A stretch of 64,000 nt of DNA from Betaproteobacteria bacterium (GCA_009781175.1 WQYQ01000013.1:13581-77580); one strand, 5' to 3'. Shown: positions 37,035-47,938, counted from the first letter of the stretch. The notes: generated by a model not told the origin, from the sequence alone. Translations and numbers: made by a program.

Positions 37035-40000
37035 GTGCATACATTTCATATTTCCCGGTCCCTTGGCTACACTGCGCTGTTCAGCTTGGCGGCCTTCAAT
37101 TCGGCGCAGGCGGCGTGTACCGCAAATGCAGCAGGGCAACTTACCTGTGTAGACGGCGACACTATAGCGGGACAAAACATCAATGTTACCGGCGTCACTG
37201 CCGGCTCTCACGGCATTTACGTCAATGTGACAGGGGCGGCGGCAAGTGCGTCCATCGCCGTCAGCGACACGACGATCACGAACAATGTCACAACGCCTGG
37301 CCCTAATGGCGCTGGCAACAATACCGGCATCAATATGCAGAATCCAGCCGGCGGAACAGGCAGCCTTACGTTAACGATGACCGGCAACAATGCCGTAATT
37401 ACCCAACGCGGCACGGGCATTCTGGTTAACCAAAGGGGAACAGGCAATGCCACAGCCACTGTTTCGGGCAACCTGAGCATTCACAGCGTTTATTCTGCGG
37501 ATATAGAAGGCCAGGATGGTTTCGAAGTGGATGCGAGAGGTGGTAATGCGACGATCGATATGTCGAATGCCAGTGGGACCATCGCTGTTGAGGGCGGCGG
37601 CAACGGCATTCTGCTTCGGTCCTGGCAACTCACACCCACCAGCGCTGGGACCGTCAAAGGCACTATCGGCTCCGGCATGCAGATCACTGTCAATAATACT
37701 CTGGGCGCTACCTGTATTGGCACGGATTGCGGCAGTAACGGCATCTACACCTATGCAGACAATGGGACGGCAAGTGTCGAGCTGAATACGGCGGCCAGCA
37801 TTCAGGTAAACGGCAGCGGCGTATCGGCCAACGGCATACTGGCTTCCGCCGTCAATGGAAGTGTTACTGTCGCCAATTCCGGTACGATTAATACGCAAGG
37901 CACGTCGGTCAACGGCATTGTGGCTTTCGCTGTCGGGGGAGCCGTCGCTGTCACCAATTCTGGCGCGATTGACACGCAAGGCACGTCGGCTGACGGCATA
38001 CAGACCTATGCCGCAGGGGGAAATGTCACTGTCGCCAATGCCGGCTCGCTTACTGTAGAGGGAAGCAGCAGCCACGGCATCCATGCCTACACCACGGCGA
38101 ACGCCAGCACGGCCGGTAATGTAAACGTCAACAACAGCGGCCTCATTCAGAGCGGCCTCAATACGTCAGCCGTTCATAACACCGACAGCGATGGCATATT
38201 CGCTCTCTCGACGACGGCCGGCGCGGGTGCCACCGGCAATGTCACTGTCACGAACACCGCCGGTATCACCGCTATCGGGGACGCTTCCTCCGGCATCTAC
38301 GCCTATACCGGCTCGACCGGCGCGGGCGCCGCGGGGGCTGTCACCGTCACCAATTCCGGCGCGATTTCCGTGAATGGAGCCGCGAGCGATGGCATCAATG
38401 CCTCCAGCACGGTGGGGACTGCCTCCGCCGGCGCCGGTAATGTAAGCGTCAACAACAGCGGCGTCATTCAGAGCGGCCTTGGTACGCCAGCCGCCAATGA
38501 CGCCAGCGATGGCATACGCGCCTACTCGACGACAGCCGGCGCGGGCGCGACCGGCAATGTCTCTGTCACGAACAGAGCCGATATCGCCACCTACGGCAAT
38601 CTTTCCCACGGTATCCAAGCCTATACCCAATCGACCGGCACGGGCGCGGCAGGCAACGTTTCCATCATCAGCACGGCTGGAACGATTACCACAAGCGGCG
38701 ATCAATCCATCGGCATCTACGCCGCGCTTCCCCTCGATCCAGTAACTGGAGCGCCTGTGAGCGGCACAATGGGCGCGGTCACGGTTAACAATAACAGCGA
38801 CATCATCACGAGTGGCAGTACGTATGCCGGCGGTATTTACGCCAAGTCGCTCCAGAGTGTCATGGTGATCAACAACGGTGCGATCACCACCAATGGAGGG
38901 GGAACGCAGGACAACGGTATTGATGCGAGTACGGCGGGCGGTGGCGCGGACGGGGTGGTCACGGTCATCAACACCGGCGCGATAACAACCAATGCCCCCG
39001 GCTCGGCGGGTATTTGGGCGTACAGCGGCGATGGCGATATAACGGTCACCAACACCGGCAAGATCATCACAAATGGGGCTGGCGGCGGCCCGCTCGCCCA
39101 ATCGGACGGCATTCATGCCGAATCGACCGGCGTGGGCAATGTCGCGGTGACCTCGATTGGCGCCGACATCACCACGGCGGGCGGGGGAAGCGGCAACGAT
39201 GGTATCGCGGCCCTGACCGTAGGCGGCACCGCCAGTATCAGCCTTAGGAATGGCACGGTCAGCGTTGCCGGGGATGCCGCTGGCCTGATGGCCAAGGGCG
39301 GCACCAGCGCCAGCATTACCATTGATGCCCTGTCGGTCGTCCATGGCGGAACGAAGGGCGGCGTTGTTACGGACGGCGTGGCGCAAAGCGTTAACAACGC
39401 CGGCGTCATCGACGCCCTGAACGACCAGGCCATCATTGGGGACGCCAGCACCGATGCGACGATCAATATCACCAACGCCAGCACCGGCGTCATCACGGGC
39501 GCCGTCAATGCGGTCAGTTCCGTGGTCGCCATGACCAATGACGGCGTTTGGAATCTGCGCAACCTTGCCGATACCAACGGCGATGGCGTCCGCGACACCC
39601 TGGCGGTCTCGGTCAGCAACCTTGGCGTGAGCGGCGGCAACAGCATCACCAACAACGGCCTTATCACGCTCCAGGGCGGCGCGGCCGCCACGCTCAACGC
39701 CACAGGGGCCTACAACACCGGCTATTCCGCCAACACGATGGCCCTGAACGGCCCTGTCCAGGCCCAGATCCTCGGGGTGCAGACCTTCACCAATAACGGC
39801 GTCATCAACTTGCAGGGCAATTCGGGCGTCGGCAATGTGCTGGTTATCAGCGGCGGCGCCACGCCGGGCGTTTCCGGCGGCGGCGTCTATGTCGCCAACG
39901 CCGGCAGCCAGCTCAGGCTCAATACCGTCATCAACGAGGGCGGCCCGATCAACAGCCGGAGCGACATGCTGGTCGTTGACTCCACTCGTCTGGGAACCGG

Positions 40001-41321
40001 GGCCACCACCATTGTCATCAACCCCGTCAATACAAACGGCGTGCTGACCACGGGCAACGGCATCGAACTGGTGCGCGTGCTCGACAGCACGCATTCCGCC
40101 GCTGGCGTCTTCCAGCTTCCCAGCCGTATCGCCGCCGGCGCTTACGAATACCTGCTGTATCAGGGCGGGGCCGACGCCGCGACGGCGGGCGATGGCAACT
40201 GGTACCTGCGCAGCGATCTGATGGATGCCGGCCCTGGGCCGAAGCCTCCCGGGCCCGGGCCGTCCGCGCCCGACTACCGGCAGGAGGTTCCGGTCTATAT
40301 GACCGCCCCAGCCCTGGCGAACTGGATGGGCCTGGCCATGCTCGGCACTTATCATGACCGCGTGGGCGAGGACCGTCCCGACCAGTGGGACGCCGACGAA
40401 AGCGTCCAGGCGTCGGCCGCCGGCGCCTCCGGCGACAATCAGGCGGAGAAAAAGCCCAAGGCCGCCTGGGGCCGCGTGATCGGCGTGACCGGCTCCCTGG
40501 ACAATGGGGATGGCGGCCGCAACTTCAGCTCCGGTGGCCCGTCCTATAACTATGACATCAGCGCGATTCAGTTGGGTGTGGACCTCCTGCGCGCCAAGCA
40601 TGACAACAACTCGCGCGACATCGCCGGCCTGTATCTGGGCATGATGTGGGGCCGGGCGGACGTAAACCAGGTCTACAGCGAAAACAGGGCGGGCACGGTG
40701 AAGATGGATGGCTACACCTTCGGCGGCTATTGGACGCATAAGGGCCCGTCCGAGTGGTATATCGACGCCGTGCTCCAGGGGACGCGCTACGCCAATGCCG
40801 AGGCGCGCTCCGTGGATACCCTGCTGAACCAGAAAATCAGCCCGAATGGCTGGGGCGTCGCGGCCTCGCTGGAAGGCGGTTATCCCTTTGCCCTGGGCAA
40901 GGGCTGGTCGCTGGAGCCGCAGGCGCAGCTGATCTACCAGCGGATAAGTCTGGACGGTGATTCAGACATGTACGGTTATGTGGACTTTGGCAACACAGCT
41001 ACCTGGTATGGCCGTCTGGGTGCGCGCCTGGCCAAGGACTGGATGAATGAGGAAGGAAAGAAAGCGACCATCTGGGCGCGCGCCAACCTGTGGCATTCGT
41101 TCGGCTCCAACCCGGACACGGCTTTTTCGGCCTTGAACGGTATGGGAAATGTGAGCCTCACAACAGATCTTGGCAGCACCTGGGGCCAGTTGGGCCTGGG
41201 TATAGCCGGGCAAGTGACGAAGCGTCTCACGATCTTTGCCACGGGCGACTACAGCATCCCCATGGATGGCGGCGACGGATATGCCCTCCAGGGGCGGATT
41301 GGCCTCCGGTATCTGTTCTAG
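37035..41321 (+). CDS. Autotransporter adhesin-like protein (AIDA-like beta-helix passenger + beta-barrel)
   Basis: Signal peptide ...SAQA; G/T/N/A-rich repeats; RIAAGAYEYLL autochaperone; LEPQAQLIYQ; ends GRIGLRYLF. Confidence 0.92.
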   Translation: MHTFHISRSLGYTALFSLAAFNSAQAACTANAAGQLTCVDGDTIAGQNINVTGVTAGSHGIYVNVTGAAASASIAVSDTTITNNVTTPGPNGAGNNTGINMQNPAGGTGSLTLTMTGNNAVITQRGTGILVNQRGTGNATATVSGNLSIHSVYSADIEGQDGFEVDARGGNATIDMSNASGTIAVEGGGNGILLRSWQLTPTSAGTVKGTIGSGMQITVNNTLGATCIGTDCGSNGIYTYADNGTASVELNTAASIQVNGSGVSANGILASAVNGSVTVANSGTINTQGTSVNGIVAFAVGGAVAVTNSGAIDTQGTSADGIQTYAAGGNVTVANAGSLTVEGSSSHGIHAYTTANASTAGNVNVNNSGLIQSGLNTSAVHNTDSDGIFALSTTAGAGATGNVTVTNTAGITAIGDASSGIYAYTGSTGAGAAGAVTVTNSGAISVNGAASDGINASSTVGTASAGAGNVSVNNSGVIQSGLGTPAANDASDGIRAYSTTAGAGATGNVSVTNRADIATYGNLSHGIQAYTQSTGTGAAGNVSIISTAGTITTSGDQSIGIYAALPLDPVTGAPVSGTMGAVTVNNNSDIITSGSTYAGGIYAKSLQSVMVINNGAITTNGGGTQDNGIDASTAGGGADGVVTVINTGAITTNAPGSAGIWAYSGDGDITVTNTGKIITNGAGGGPLAQSDGIHAESTGVGNVAVTSIGADITTAGGGSGNDGIAALTVGGTASISLRNGTVSVAGDAAGLMAKGGTSASITIDALSVVHGGTKGGVVTDGVAQSVNNAGVIDALNDQAIIGDASTDATINITNASTGVITGAVNAVSSVVAMTNDGVWNLRNLADTNGDGVRDTLAVSVSNLGVSGGNSITNNGLITLQGGAAATLNATGAYNTGYSANTMALNGPVQAQILGVQTFTNNGVINLQGNSGVGNVLVISGGATPGVSGGGVYVANAGSQLRLNTVINEGGPINSRSDMLVVDSTRLGTGATTIVINPVNTNGVLTTGNGIELVRVLDSTHSAAGVFQLPSRIAAGAYEYLLYQGGADAATAGDGNWYLRSDLMDAGPGPKPPGPGPSAPDYRQEVPVYMTAPALANWMGLAMLGTYHDRVGEDRPDQWDADESVQASAAGASGDNQAEKKPKAAWGRVIGVTGSLDNGDGGRNFSSGGPSYNYDISAIQLGVDLLRAKHDNNSRDIAGLYLGMMWGRADVNQVYSENRAGTVKMDGYTFGGYWTHKGPSEWYIDAVLQGTRYANAEARSVDTLLNQKISPNGWGVAASLEGGYPFALGKGWSLEPQAQLIYQRISLDGDSDMYGYVDFGNTATWYGRLGARLAKDWMNEEGKKATIWARANLWHSFGSNPDTAFSALNGMGNVSLTTDLGSTWGQLGLGIAGQVTKRLTIFATGDYSIPMDGGDGYALQGRIGLRYLF

Positions 41322-41490
41322 AGCATATGTATACGCTTCGCTTTCCCTCTCCCGCCCCTTCGGGGCACCCTCTCCCACAAGTGGGAGAGGGAAAAACGCT
41401 CCCCTCGCCCGCTTGCGGGGAGAGCGCAGCGAGGGGGGCGGAGCCGGCTGGGGGAGAGGGAATGTTCACACATAAACCAAAACCGCTCTA
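41319..41490 (+). mobile_element. ~180-bp palindromic MITE, copy 2
   Basis: Reverse complement of 29103-29285 with a short deletion; CTAG at both ends. Confidence 0.85.
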
Positions 41491-41533
41491 GCACGCAGCG
41501 CAGCCGACGCGTGCCGGACGCTATCTGAAGCAA

Positions 41534-41571
41534 GAAAAGCCCGCCCTCTCTTTTCGAGGGGGCGGGCTTTT
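41534..41571. terminator. Bidirectional terminator GAAAAGCCCGCCC...GGGCGGGCTTTTC
   Basis: GC-rich stem with A/T tails between convergent genes. Confidence 0.75.
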
Positions 41572-41609
41572 CGTTGCGGCGTCAGATGACGCTCCAAGGA
41601 CTGAATCGA

Positions 41610-42329
41610 TCAGTGCAGCTTTTCGGGCGCGCCGCAGCAGCGCTTGAACTTGCGCCCGCTGCCGCAAGGGCAGAGGTCGTTGCGGCCGGGCACTTCCGGT
41701 GCGGTGAAAGGAATGCGCGGCGCATTGACGACGCGCAGGTAGCGCCGCCAGAATGCGTAGAGATACTGCATGCCGGCCGCGAGCGGACTCATGATTTCGT
41801 CGCGTTCGTCGTCACTGATTGGGTGGCCGGGCGATTTTTCGCCGGTGTCGAGCGCGGAGATCAGATTCAACAGCGTGACGCATTCTTCGTCTTCTTCGAG
41901 CGCGTCCCAGTGCGCCTCTTCGAGCCAGTCGAGCCCGTCGCGGAAACCGCGCGCCCAGCCTTCGGCAAGCGGGAAGCCGCTTTCCGTGGGGTCTTCGAGG
42001 AAGGGGAAGTACATCGCTTCGGCGCCTTCTTCGGCCGAGACGCCGGACCAGTCTTCGCGGAAACTGCGCGTAACCGTATTCCAATGCCGTATCAGCAGTT
42101 CGATGGCGCGCCGGCCTTCGGCTTCGCTTTCCCACAGCGGCTGTTCGCTGCCGAGCACGGCGGCGAGCCATTCGCTTGGCATGACATCGACGGGGCCGAC
42201 GACGAGCGCGCAGAAAAAGCCGTCGAGTTCTTCGAGCGAAAGCGAATCGTCGAAGCGTGCAAGCAGCGTGTCGAGTTCGATGAATTCATCGTCGCTCAGT
42301 GGCGGTTCGGCCTGGATGTATTCGGTCAT
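41610..42329 (-). CDS. UPF0149/YecA-family protein with a SEC-C motif
   Basis: [16 protein letters not shown]-terminal [19 protein letters not shown]. Confidence 0.9.
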   Translation of the reverse strand: MTEYIQAEPPLSDDEFIELDTLLARFDDSLSLEELDGFFCALVVGPVDVMPSEWLAAVLGSEQPLWESEAEGRRAIELLIRHWNTVTRSFREDWSGVSAEEGAEAMYFPFLEDPTESGFPLAEGWARGFRDGLDWLEEAHWDALEEDEECVTLLNLISALDTGEKSPGHPISDDERDEIMSPLAAGMQYLYAFWRRYLRVVNAPRIPFTAPEVPGRNDLCPCGSGRKFKRCCGAPEKLH

Positions 42330-42374
42330 GTTAAGGTTCTCCGCAAATCCAGTTTAGCGTTCGGCCAGGGGCTC

Positions 42375-42962
42375 TCATGCTTTCGAAAGCAGCTTAAGCG
42401 CGGCGCGGATGCCGTCCGATACGCCGATATCGGGCGGCAGTTGTTTGAGCGCGCTTTGTGCTTCCTTGTCGTTGTAGCCGAGCGCGATCAAGGCGTTCGC
42501 GATGTCGCTCGCCGCGCCCGCCGGCGCGCTTTGCGCAGCCGCATGCGCGGCGGGCAGGCTCTTGGGCAATTTGTCGCGCAATTCGAGCAGCAGGCGTTCG
42601 GCGGTTTTTTTGCCGATGCCCGGAATCTTCACCAGACGGCCGGTTTCCTGCGCCGCGACGGCCTGCGCGAATTCGTTGACCGAGAGGCCGGAGAGCACCG
42701 CGAGCGCCGTGCGCGCGCCGATGCCGCTGATCTTGAGCAACTGGCGGAACGCGGTGCGCTCGTCTTCCGAGCCGAAACCGTAGAGGAAATGCCCATCCTC
42801 GCGGATCGTCAGATGCGTATGCAGCGCAACGCTCTGGCCGCTGGCCGGCAGGTTGTAGAAGGTGCTCATCGGCACTTCCAGTTCGTAACCGACACCGGCG
42901 ACATCGAGCAGAATTTGCGGCGGGTTTTTTTCGAGCAGGGTGCCGCGCAGGCGTCCGATCAT
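42375..42962 (-). CDS. ruvA: Holliday junction DNA helicase subunit RuvA
   Basis: [40 protein letters not shown]. Confidence 0.97.
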   Translation of the reverse strand: MIGRLRGTLLEKNPPQILLDVAGVGYELEVPMSTFYNLPASGQSVALHTHLTIREDGHFLYGFGSEDERTAFRQLLKISGIGARTALAVLSGLSVNEFAQAVAAQETGRLVKIPGIGKKTAERLLLELRDKLPKSLPAAHAAAQSAPAGAASDIANALIALGYNDKEAQSALKQLPPDIGVSDGIRAALKLLSKA

Positions 42963-43032
42963 GGAGACTAAGGGGCGAGCAAAAGTGGGATTCTACGAGT
43001 CTGCGGCGCGCTTGTCCCGACTATGCGGCTTT

Positions 43033-43695
43033 TCAGGACAATTCCCTGAGCACGTCGTGCAGCGAATCGAGCGCCCGTGCGCCCGCAGCCAGCACGCTGG
43101 CGTCGGCGCCGAGCAGATCCGGGATTATGCGCACCTGCATCCCCGCTGCCAGCGCAGCCTGTGCGCCGGTATTCGAGTCTTCGAGCGCGAGGCAACTTGC
43201 CGGCGCCACGCCAAGCCGCTGCGCGGCGGCGAGAAAAATATCCGGCGCGGGTTTGCCGTGCGTGATTTCGTCGCCGCCGACGAGCGCGTCGAAACGCGTG
43301 AGCAGGCCGACGCGTTCGAGTTTGAACGCGGCGCGCGCATGCGCGGTCGAGGTCGCGACCGCGCGCGGAATCCGCAATTCGTCGAGCCGGTTCAGGAGTT
43401 CGATCGCGCCGGGCTTGAGCGGAATGCCGCCGGCGGCAATCAGCGCGTCGTAGCGGCGGCCGAATTCGGCCATGTGCGCGGCGAGCGGGTAATCCGCGCC
43501 GTATTCGCGCAGCAGCATCTGCGCATTGTCGGCGGCATTGCGTCCGATCATCTTGAACGCGACTTCTTCGCGCCACACGATCCCGAGCGCCTCACTCGCC
43601 GCGCGTCCAATTTCGAAGGCGATCCGTTCGCTGTCGAGCAGCAGACCGTCCATATCGAAAATGACGGCCGCGAAACGCGGCGCGGCGGCGTTCAT
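43033..43695 (-). CDS. HAD-family phosphatase
   Basis: FDMDGLLLDSE, VATST, KPAPDIF, LEDSNTG. Confidence 0.92.
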   Translation of the reverse strand: MNAAAPRFAAVIFDMDGLLLDSERIAFEIGRAASEALGIVWREEVAFKMIGRNAADNAQMLLREYGADYPLAAHMAEFGRRYDALIAAGGIPLKPGAIELLNRLDELRIPRAVATSTAHARAAFKLERVGLLTRFDALVGGDEITHGKPAPDIFLAAAQRLGVAPASCLALEDSNTGAQAALAAGMQVRIIPDLLGADASVLAAGARALDSLHDVLRELS

Positions 43696-45149
43696 AACAA
43701 CACGATGTCGAATTGTTCCGGGCTGTAGCTGGACTCGGCCTGAAGCGAAATCGGTTTCGCGATGAAGTCCGACAGCATCGCGAGCGCCGATGCTTCGTCG
43801 TCGAGAAAGAGGTCGATAACCTGCGGGGCGGCGAGGACGCGGAATTCCTTGGCGTTGTTGAACTGCCGCGCTTCGCGCAGGATTTCGCGCAACACTTCGT
43901 AGCCGACCGTGCGCGCGGTCTTGATTTCGCCGCGCCCGCCGCAGATTGGGCAGGGCTCGCAGAGAATGTGGGCGAGCGATTCGCGCGTGCGTTTGCGCGT
44001 CATCTCGACCAGGCCGAGCGAGGTGAAGCCGCTCACGGTAATCTTTGTGCGGTCGTGCGCGAGCGCCCTGTGCAGTTCGGTGAGCACGGCGCTGCGGTGC
44101 TCTTCGTTTTCCATGTCGATGAAATCGATCAGGATCACGCCGCCGAGATTGCGCAGCCGCAGCTGACGCGCGATGGTCTGCGCCGCTTCGAGATTGGTTT
44201 TGAAGATCGTGTCGTCGAAGGTATGCACGCCGACGAATCCGCCAGTGTTGACGTCGATCGTCGTCATCGCTTCGGTCTGGTCGATGATGAGGTAGCCGCC
44301 GCTTTTGAGTTCGACGCGCCGGCCGAGCGCCTTCTGGATTTCGTCCTCGACGCCGTACAGATCGAACAGCGTGCGCTCGCCCGAATAGTGATGCAGCAAG
44401 GTGGCGGTCTGCGGCATGTACTCGGTCGCGAAGCTGCTGAGCTTGTGAAAATTTTCGCGCGAATCGATGACCACCCGCGCGGTTTCGAGCGAGATCAGAT
44501 CACGCAGCACGCGCTGGGCGAGCGACAGATCGTGGTATAGCGTCAGCGGCGGCGCCGCGCCGACGCCGCGATTCTGCACCTCACCCCAGAGCTTGCGCAG
44601 GTACGCGATATCGGCCTGGAACTCCGCGTCGCTCGCGCCTTCGGCGATCGTGCGGACGATGAAGCCACCCTGCTCGTCCTCGGGCATCAGATGCTGCAAG
44701 CGTTCGCGCAGCGCGAGGCGATCCTCCTCCTTATCGATGCGCTGCGAGATACCGATATGCTTTTCCTGCGGCAGATAAACCAGCAGCCGCCCCGCGATGC
44801 TGAGCTGCGTGGAAAGTCGCGCGCCCTTGGAGCCGATCGGGTCCTTGAGCACCTGCACGACGATGCGCTGCCCCTCGTGGAGAATCTTTTCGATCGGGCG
44901 CGCCTGCTCGCCGGCCTGCCGGTCGAGCCAAATGTCCGCCACATGCAGAAAGGCGGTGCGTTCGAGCCCGACGTCGATGAAAGCCGACTGCATGCCCGGC
45001 AGGACGCGCACGACCTGGCCGAGATAAATATTGCCGACGAATCCGCGCGAGCGCTCGCGCTCAACATGCAGCTCCTGGACCGTCCCGTTCTGGAGTAAGG
45101 CGACCCGCGTTTCCTGCGGGGTGAAATTGATGAGAAAGGCTTCGCTCAT
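43692..45149 (-). CDS. rng: Ribonuclease G
   Basis: GNIYLGQVVRVLPGMQSAFIDVG, IDVNTG, GGVILIDFIDM, GLVEMTRKR. Confidence 0.96.
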   Translation of the reverse strand: MSEAFLINFTPQETRVALLQNGTVQELHVERERSRGFVGNIYLGQVVRVLPGMQSAFIDVGLERTAFLHVADIWLDRQAGEQARPIEKILHEGQRIVVQVLKDPIGSKGARLSTQLSIAGRLLVYLPQEKHIGISQRIDKEEDRLALRERLQHLMPEDEQGGFIVRTIAEGASDAEFQADIAYLRKLWGEVQNRGVGAAPPLTLYHDLSLAQRVLRDLISLETARVVIDSRENFHKLSSFATEYMPQTATLLHHYSGERTLFDLYGVEDEIQKALGRRVELKSGGYLIIDQTEAMTTIDVNTGGFVGVHTFDDTIFKTNLEAAQTIARQLRLRNLGGVILIDFIDMENEEHRSAVLTELHRALAHDRTKITVSGFTSLGLVEMTRKRTRESLAHILCEPCPICGGRGEIKTARTVGYEVLREILREARQFNNAKEFRVLAAPQVIDLFLDDEASALAMLSDFIAKPISLQAESSYSPEQFDIVLL

Positions 45150-45364
45150 GGGAACCCTGCTTCAATGTGTGATGCGCAAACACCCCCATGAACGGAGGTG
45201 TTTGCGCATCGCGCATCATTCGCGCGAGCGGTGTGATTCTAACCCGAGCCGATGCTGTGCTTACATGCCGCCGCGCCCTTATTTCAAGCGCGCCTTTGGC
45301 CCGGGCGGTATTCAAGAATCCGTGGCTTCGGCAGAATGCGCGTTCGGATTTGAGGAGAAGTCGA

Positions 45365-45985
45365 ATGCTACGAATGCTGCGCGGCGGTATCGGATTGCTT
45401 GCGCTCTGCTTTGCCTTGACGCTTCAGGCGCAGGATTTTGAGGCAATCAAACGCTTGGCGGAGCAGGGTGATGCGGATGCCCAATTTAACCTTGGAGGGA
45501 TGTACCACATAGGGAAGGGAGTGGCGCGGAACGATGCTGAGGCCGCGCAGTGGCTTTGCAAGGCGGCGAAACAGGGACATGCGCTGGCCCAATTTTACCT
45601 TGGGCTGATGTATGACGAAGGCCAGGGGGTGGTGCGGAACGATACCGAAGCTATGGAGTGGTATCGCCAGGCGGCGGAACAAGGAGTTGCGCAAGCCCAA
45701 TATAACCTTGGAGTGATGTACGCCAACGGTCAGGGTGTGGTGCGGAATGATGCCGAGGCTGTGGAGTGGTATCGCAAGGCTGCGGAACAGGGCAATGTGC
45801 TTGCCCAAACTAGCCTTGGATTTATGTACGCCGAAGGCCGGGGCGTGGCGCGGAACGATACCGAGGCCATGAAATGGTTCCGCAAAGCGGCAGAACAGGG
45901 TGACGAGATCGCTCAGGGAATGCTCGCCACCATCAAAAATCAAACCTCTCCCGCCACAGAAAGCAGAATGGGTACCGAAAAATGA
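45365..45985 (+). CDS. Exported Sel1-repeat protein
   Basis: GAGGAG RBS, signal peptide ...LQA, four 36-aa AQxxLGxMYxxGxGVxRNDxEAxxWxxKAAEQG repeats. Confidence 0.9.
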   Translation: MLRMLRGGIGLLALCFALTLQAQDFEAIKRLAEQGDADAQFNLGGMYHIGKGVARNDAEAAQWLCKAAKQGHALAQFYLGLMYDEGQGVVRNDTEAMEWYRQAAEQGVAQAQYNLGVMYANGQGVVRNDAEAVEWYRKAAEQGNVLAQTSLGFMYAEGRGVARNDTEAMKWFRKAAEQGDEIAQGMLATIKNQTSPATESRMGTEK

Positions 45986-46034
45986 AAGCCGCGCGGACCC
46001 GCCAGAAAGCCAAGGCGCAGTCCGCGCGCGGCTT

Positions 46035-46785
46035 TCAAGATTTGCCGGCGGCGTAGCCTCCATCCACGAGCAGGTAAGCGCCGGTGACGAAGCTGGCTTC
46101 GTCGCTGGCCAGGAACAGCACGGCGTTGGCGACCTCTTCGGCGCTTCCGAGCCGGCCGATCGGGTGTAGAGCGACCAGGGCCTGGCGCATTTCCGGCGGC
46201 AAGTCCTTGAGCAGCGGGGTGTCGATATATCCCGGCCCGACCGAGTTGACGCGCACGCCGCGCGGCGCGGCTTCGATGGCCAGGCGTGCGCGTTAGGTTG
46301 ACCACGCCGCCCTTGGCCGCCGAGTAGGCCACCGTGCCGCTTTGCCCAAGCGTGCCGAGAATCGAGGCGCAGTTGATTAGGCTGCCCGAGCCCTGCTTGT
46401 ACATCTGCCGCAGCACCGCGCGCGCGACGCGGAACACGCCGTTGAGATTGATGTCGATGATGCGCAGGTAGTCAGCGTCCGGCGTGTCCTGAACAGGGCT
46501 GATGCCGCCGATGCCGGCGTTGCTGAACACCACGTCCACGCTGCCGAGTTGCGCCGCCGTTTCGGCCACTAGGTGATCGACCTGTTCGGTGGAGGTTACG
46601 TCGCAGGCGATGAACAGGCAGCGACCCGGCTTGCCGTCCAACTGCCGGGCGCGCGCCGCGCCGTCGCTCGACGCCACGTCGGAGAGCACCACGTTGGCCC
46701 CTTCCCGCAGGCAGCGTTCAACGGTGGCGAGACCGATGCCGCTCGCGCCGCCGGTGACGATCATGTTTTTGTCTTTCAAACGCAT
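46035..46785 (-). pseudogene. SDR-family oxidoreductase with a +1 frameshift
   Basis: TGGASGIG, NAG, YSAAK, then one extra C near 46284; LAIEAAPRGVRVNSVGPGYIDT...DGG continues in the next frame. Confidence 0.85.
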
Positions 46786-46832
46786 CGTGGATACCTCCTT
46801 TGGATGTGGCATGTATCGCGAGCCGAACGTTC

Positions 46833-47435
46833 TCAGTCGATCTGGCCGAAGCGGCGCAGCAGCTCGCAGGTTTGGTACAGCGGCAGACCCATGATGCCGG
46901 TGTAGGAGCCGTGGATTTCGGCGACGAAGCGGCCCGCGCGCCCTTGAATGCCGTAGGCGCCGGCTTTGTCGAGCGGTTCTCCGGTGGCGACATAGCGGCG
47001 GATGTCTTCATCGCAGAGCGCGCCGAAGTGCACCGTGCTGATGCTCAGGATGTGTTCGAGGCGTTCGCCTTCGGCAACGGCGACGGCCGTCAGCACGCGG
47101 TGACTACGCCCTGAAAGGCGTTTGAGTATCTCGATCGCATCGGCGGGATGCGCGGGTTTGCCGATGATCTGGCCGTCGAGGTCGAGCGTGGTGTCGGCCG
47201 AGAGCACCGGCTGCGGCAGCATGCCGCGCCAATGCACGCGGCGCAGTCCCGCGTCGGCTTTGGCGCGTGCGACCCGGACCACGTAGTCCTCCGGGGCTTC
47301 GTCGGGAAGGGCTTCTTCGAGCACTTCGGAGTCTTCCCGCGGGGGAATCCGCTGTAGCAGGGTGTCGAAGGGAATGCCGATCTGATGGAGCAGATCGCGG
47401 CGGCGCGGACTGCGTGAGGCGAGATAGATGCGCAT
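46833..47435 (-). CDS. maf: Maf/YhdE nucleoside triphosphate pyrophosphatase
   Basis: LASRSPRR, LSADT, DKAGAYGIQG, GLP. Confidence 0.95.
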   Translation of the reverse strand: MRIYLASRSPRRRDLLHQIGIPFDTLLQRIPPREDSEVLEEALPDEAPEDYVVRVARAKADAGLRRVHWRGMLPQPVLSADTTLDLDGQIIGKPAHPADAIEILKRLSGRSHRVLTAVAVAEGERLEHILSISTVHFGALCDEDIRRYVATGEPLDKAGAYGIQGRAGRFVAEIHGSYTGIMGLPLYQTCELLRRFGQID

Positions 47436-47464
47436 AAACGTCGTGCTCTGAAGCGAAAGCGTAA

Positions 47465-47935
47465 TTATTCGCGATGATACGGGTGATTGCGGGTCAAGCT
47501 CCAGGCCCGGTATAAAGCTTCGGCGAGCAGCACACGCACCATCGCGTGCGGCAGCGTGAGGCTGGAGAGGCGCAGCTTCTCCGCCGCGGCTTGTTTGAGC
47601 GCGGCGTCGAGGCCGTCCGGTCCGCCGATCAGCAACGCCACGTCATCGCCTTCCTGCTGCCAGCGTTCGAGCCGTTGCGCGAGTTGGCGCGTGCTCAGAT
47701 CGTCCCCGCGTTCGTCGAGAATGACGAGTCGCGCGCGGTTGGGCAAGGCAGCGCGCAGGCGTTCCGCTTCGGCGGCCATCATCTGCGCGGCGGTTTTGCC
47801 GCTGCTGCGCGGTTCGGCCTTGATCTCGATGAGTTCGAGCGGGCAGTCGCGCGGCATGCGCTTGGCGAAATCGCCGAACGCGGCGTCGACCCAGGCGGGC
47901 ATGCGCGTGCCGACGGCGATAATCACGAGCCGCAT
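47465..47935 (-). CDS. rlmH: 23S rRNA (pseudouridine1915-N3)-methyltransferase
   Basis: [38 protein letters not shown]. Confidence 0.97.
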   Translation of the reverse strand: MRLVIIAVGTRMPAWVDAAFGDFAKRMPRDCPLELIEIKAEPRSSGKTAAQMMAAEAERLRAALPNRARLVILDERGDDLSTRQLAQRLERWQQEGDDVALLIGGPDGLDAALKQAAAEKLRLSSLTLPHAMVRVLLAEALYRAWSLTRNHPYHRE

Positions 47936-47938
47936 GAA

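Noticed and set aside
38166-40739. 857-aa antisense ORF, and similar long shadow ORFs (8226-9872, 52847-55099, 62464-63942)
   Set aside because: Exact antisense shadows of well-supported high-GC genes, with no independent motifs
42980-43025. Further Correia-like remnant upstream of ruvA
   Set aside because: Similarity (GTCTGCGGC...CTTGTCC) is too short to distinguish from chance
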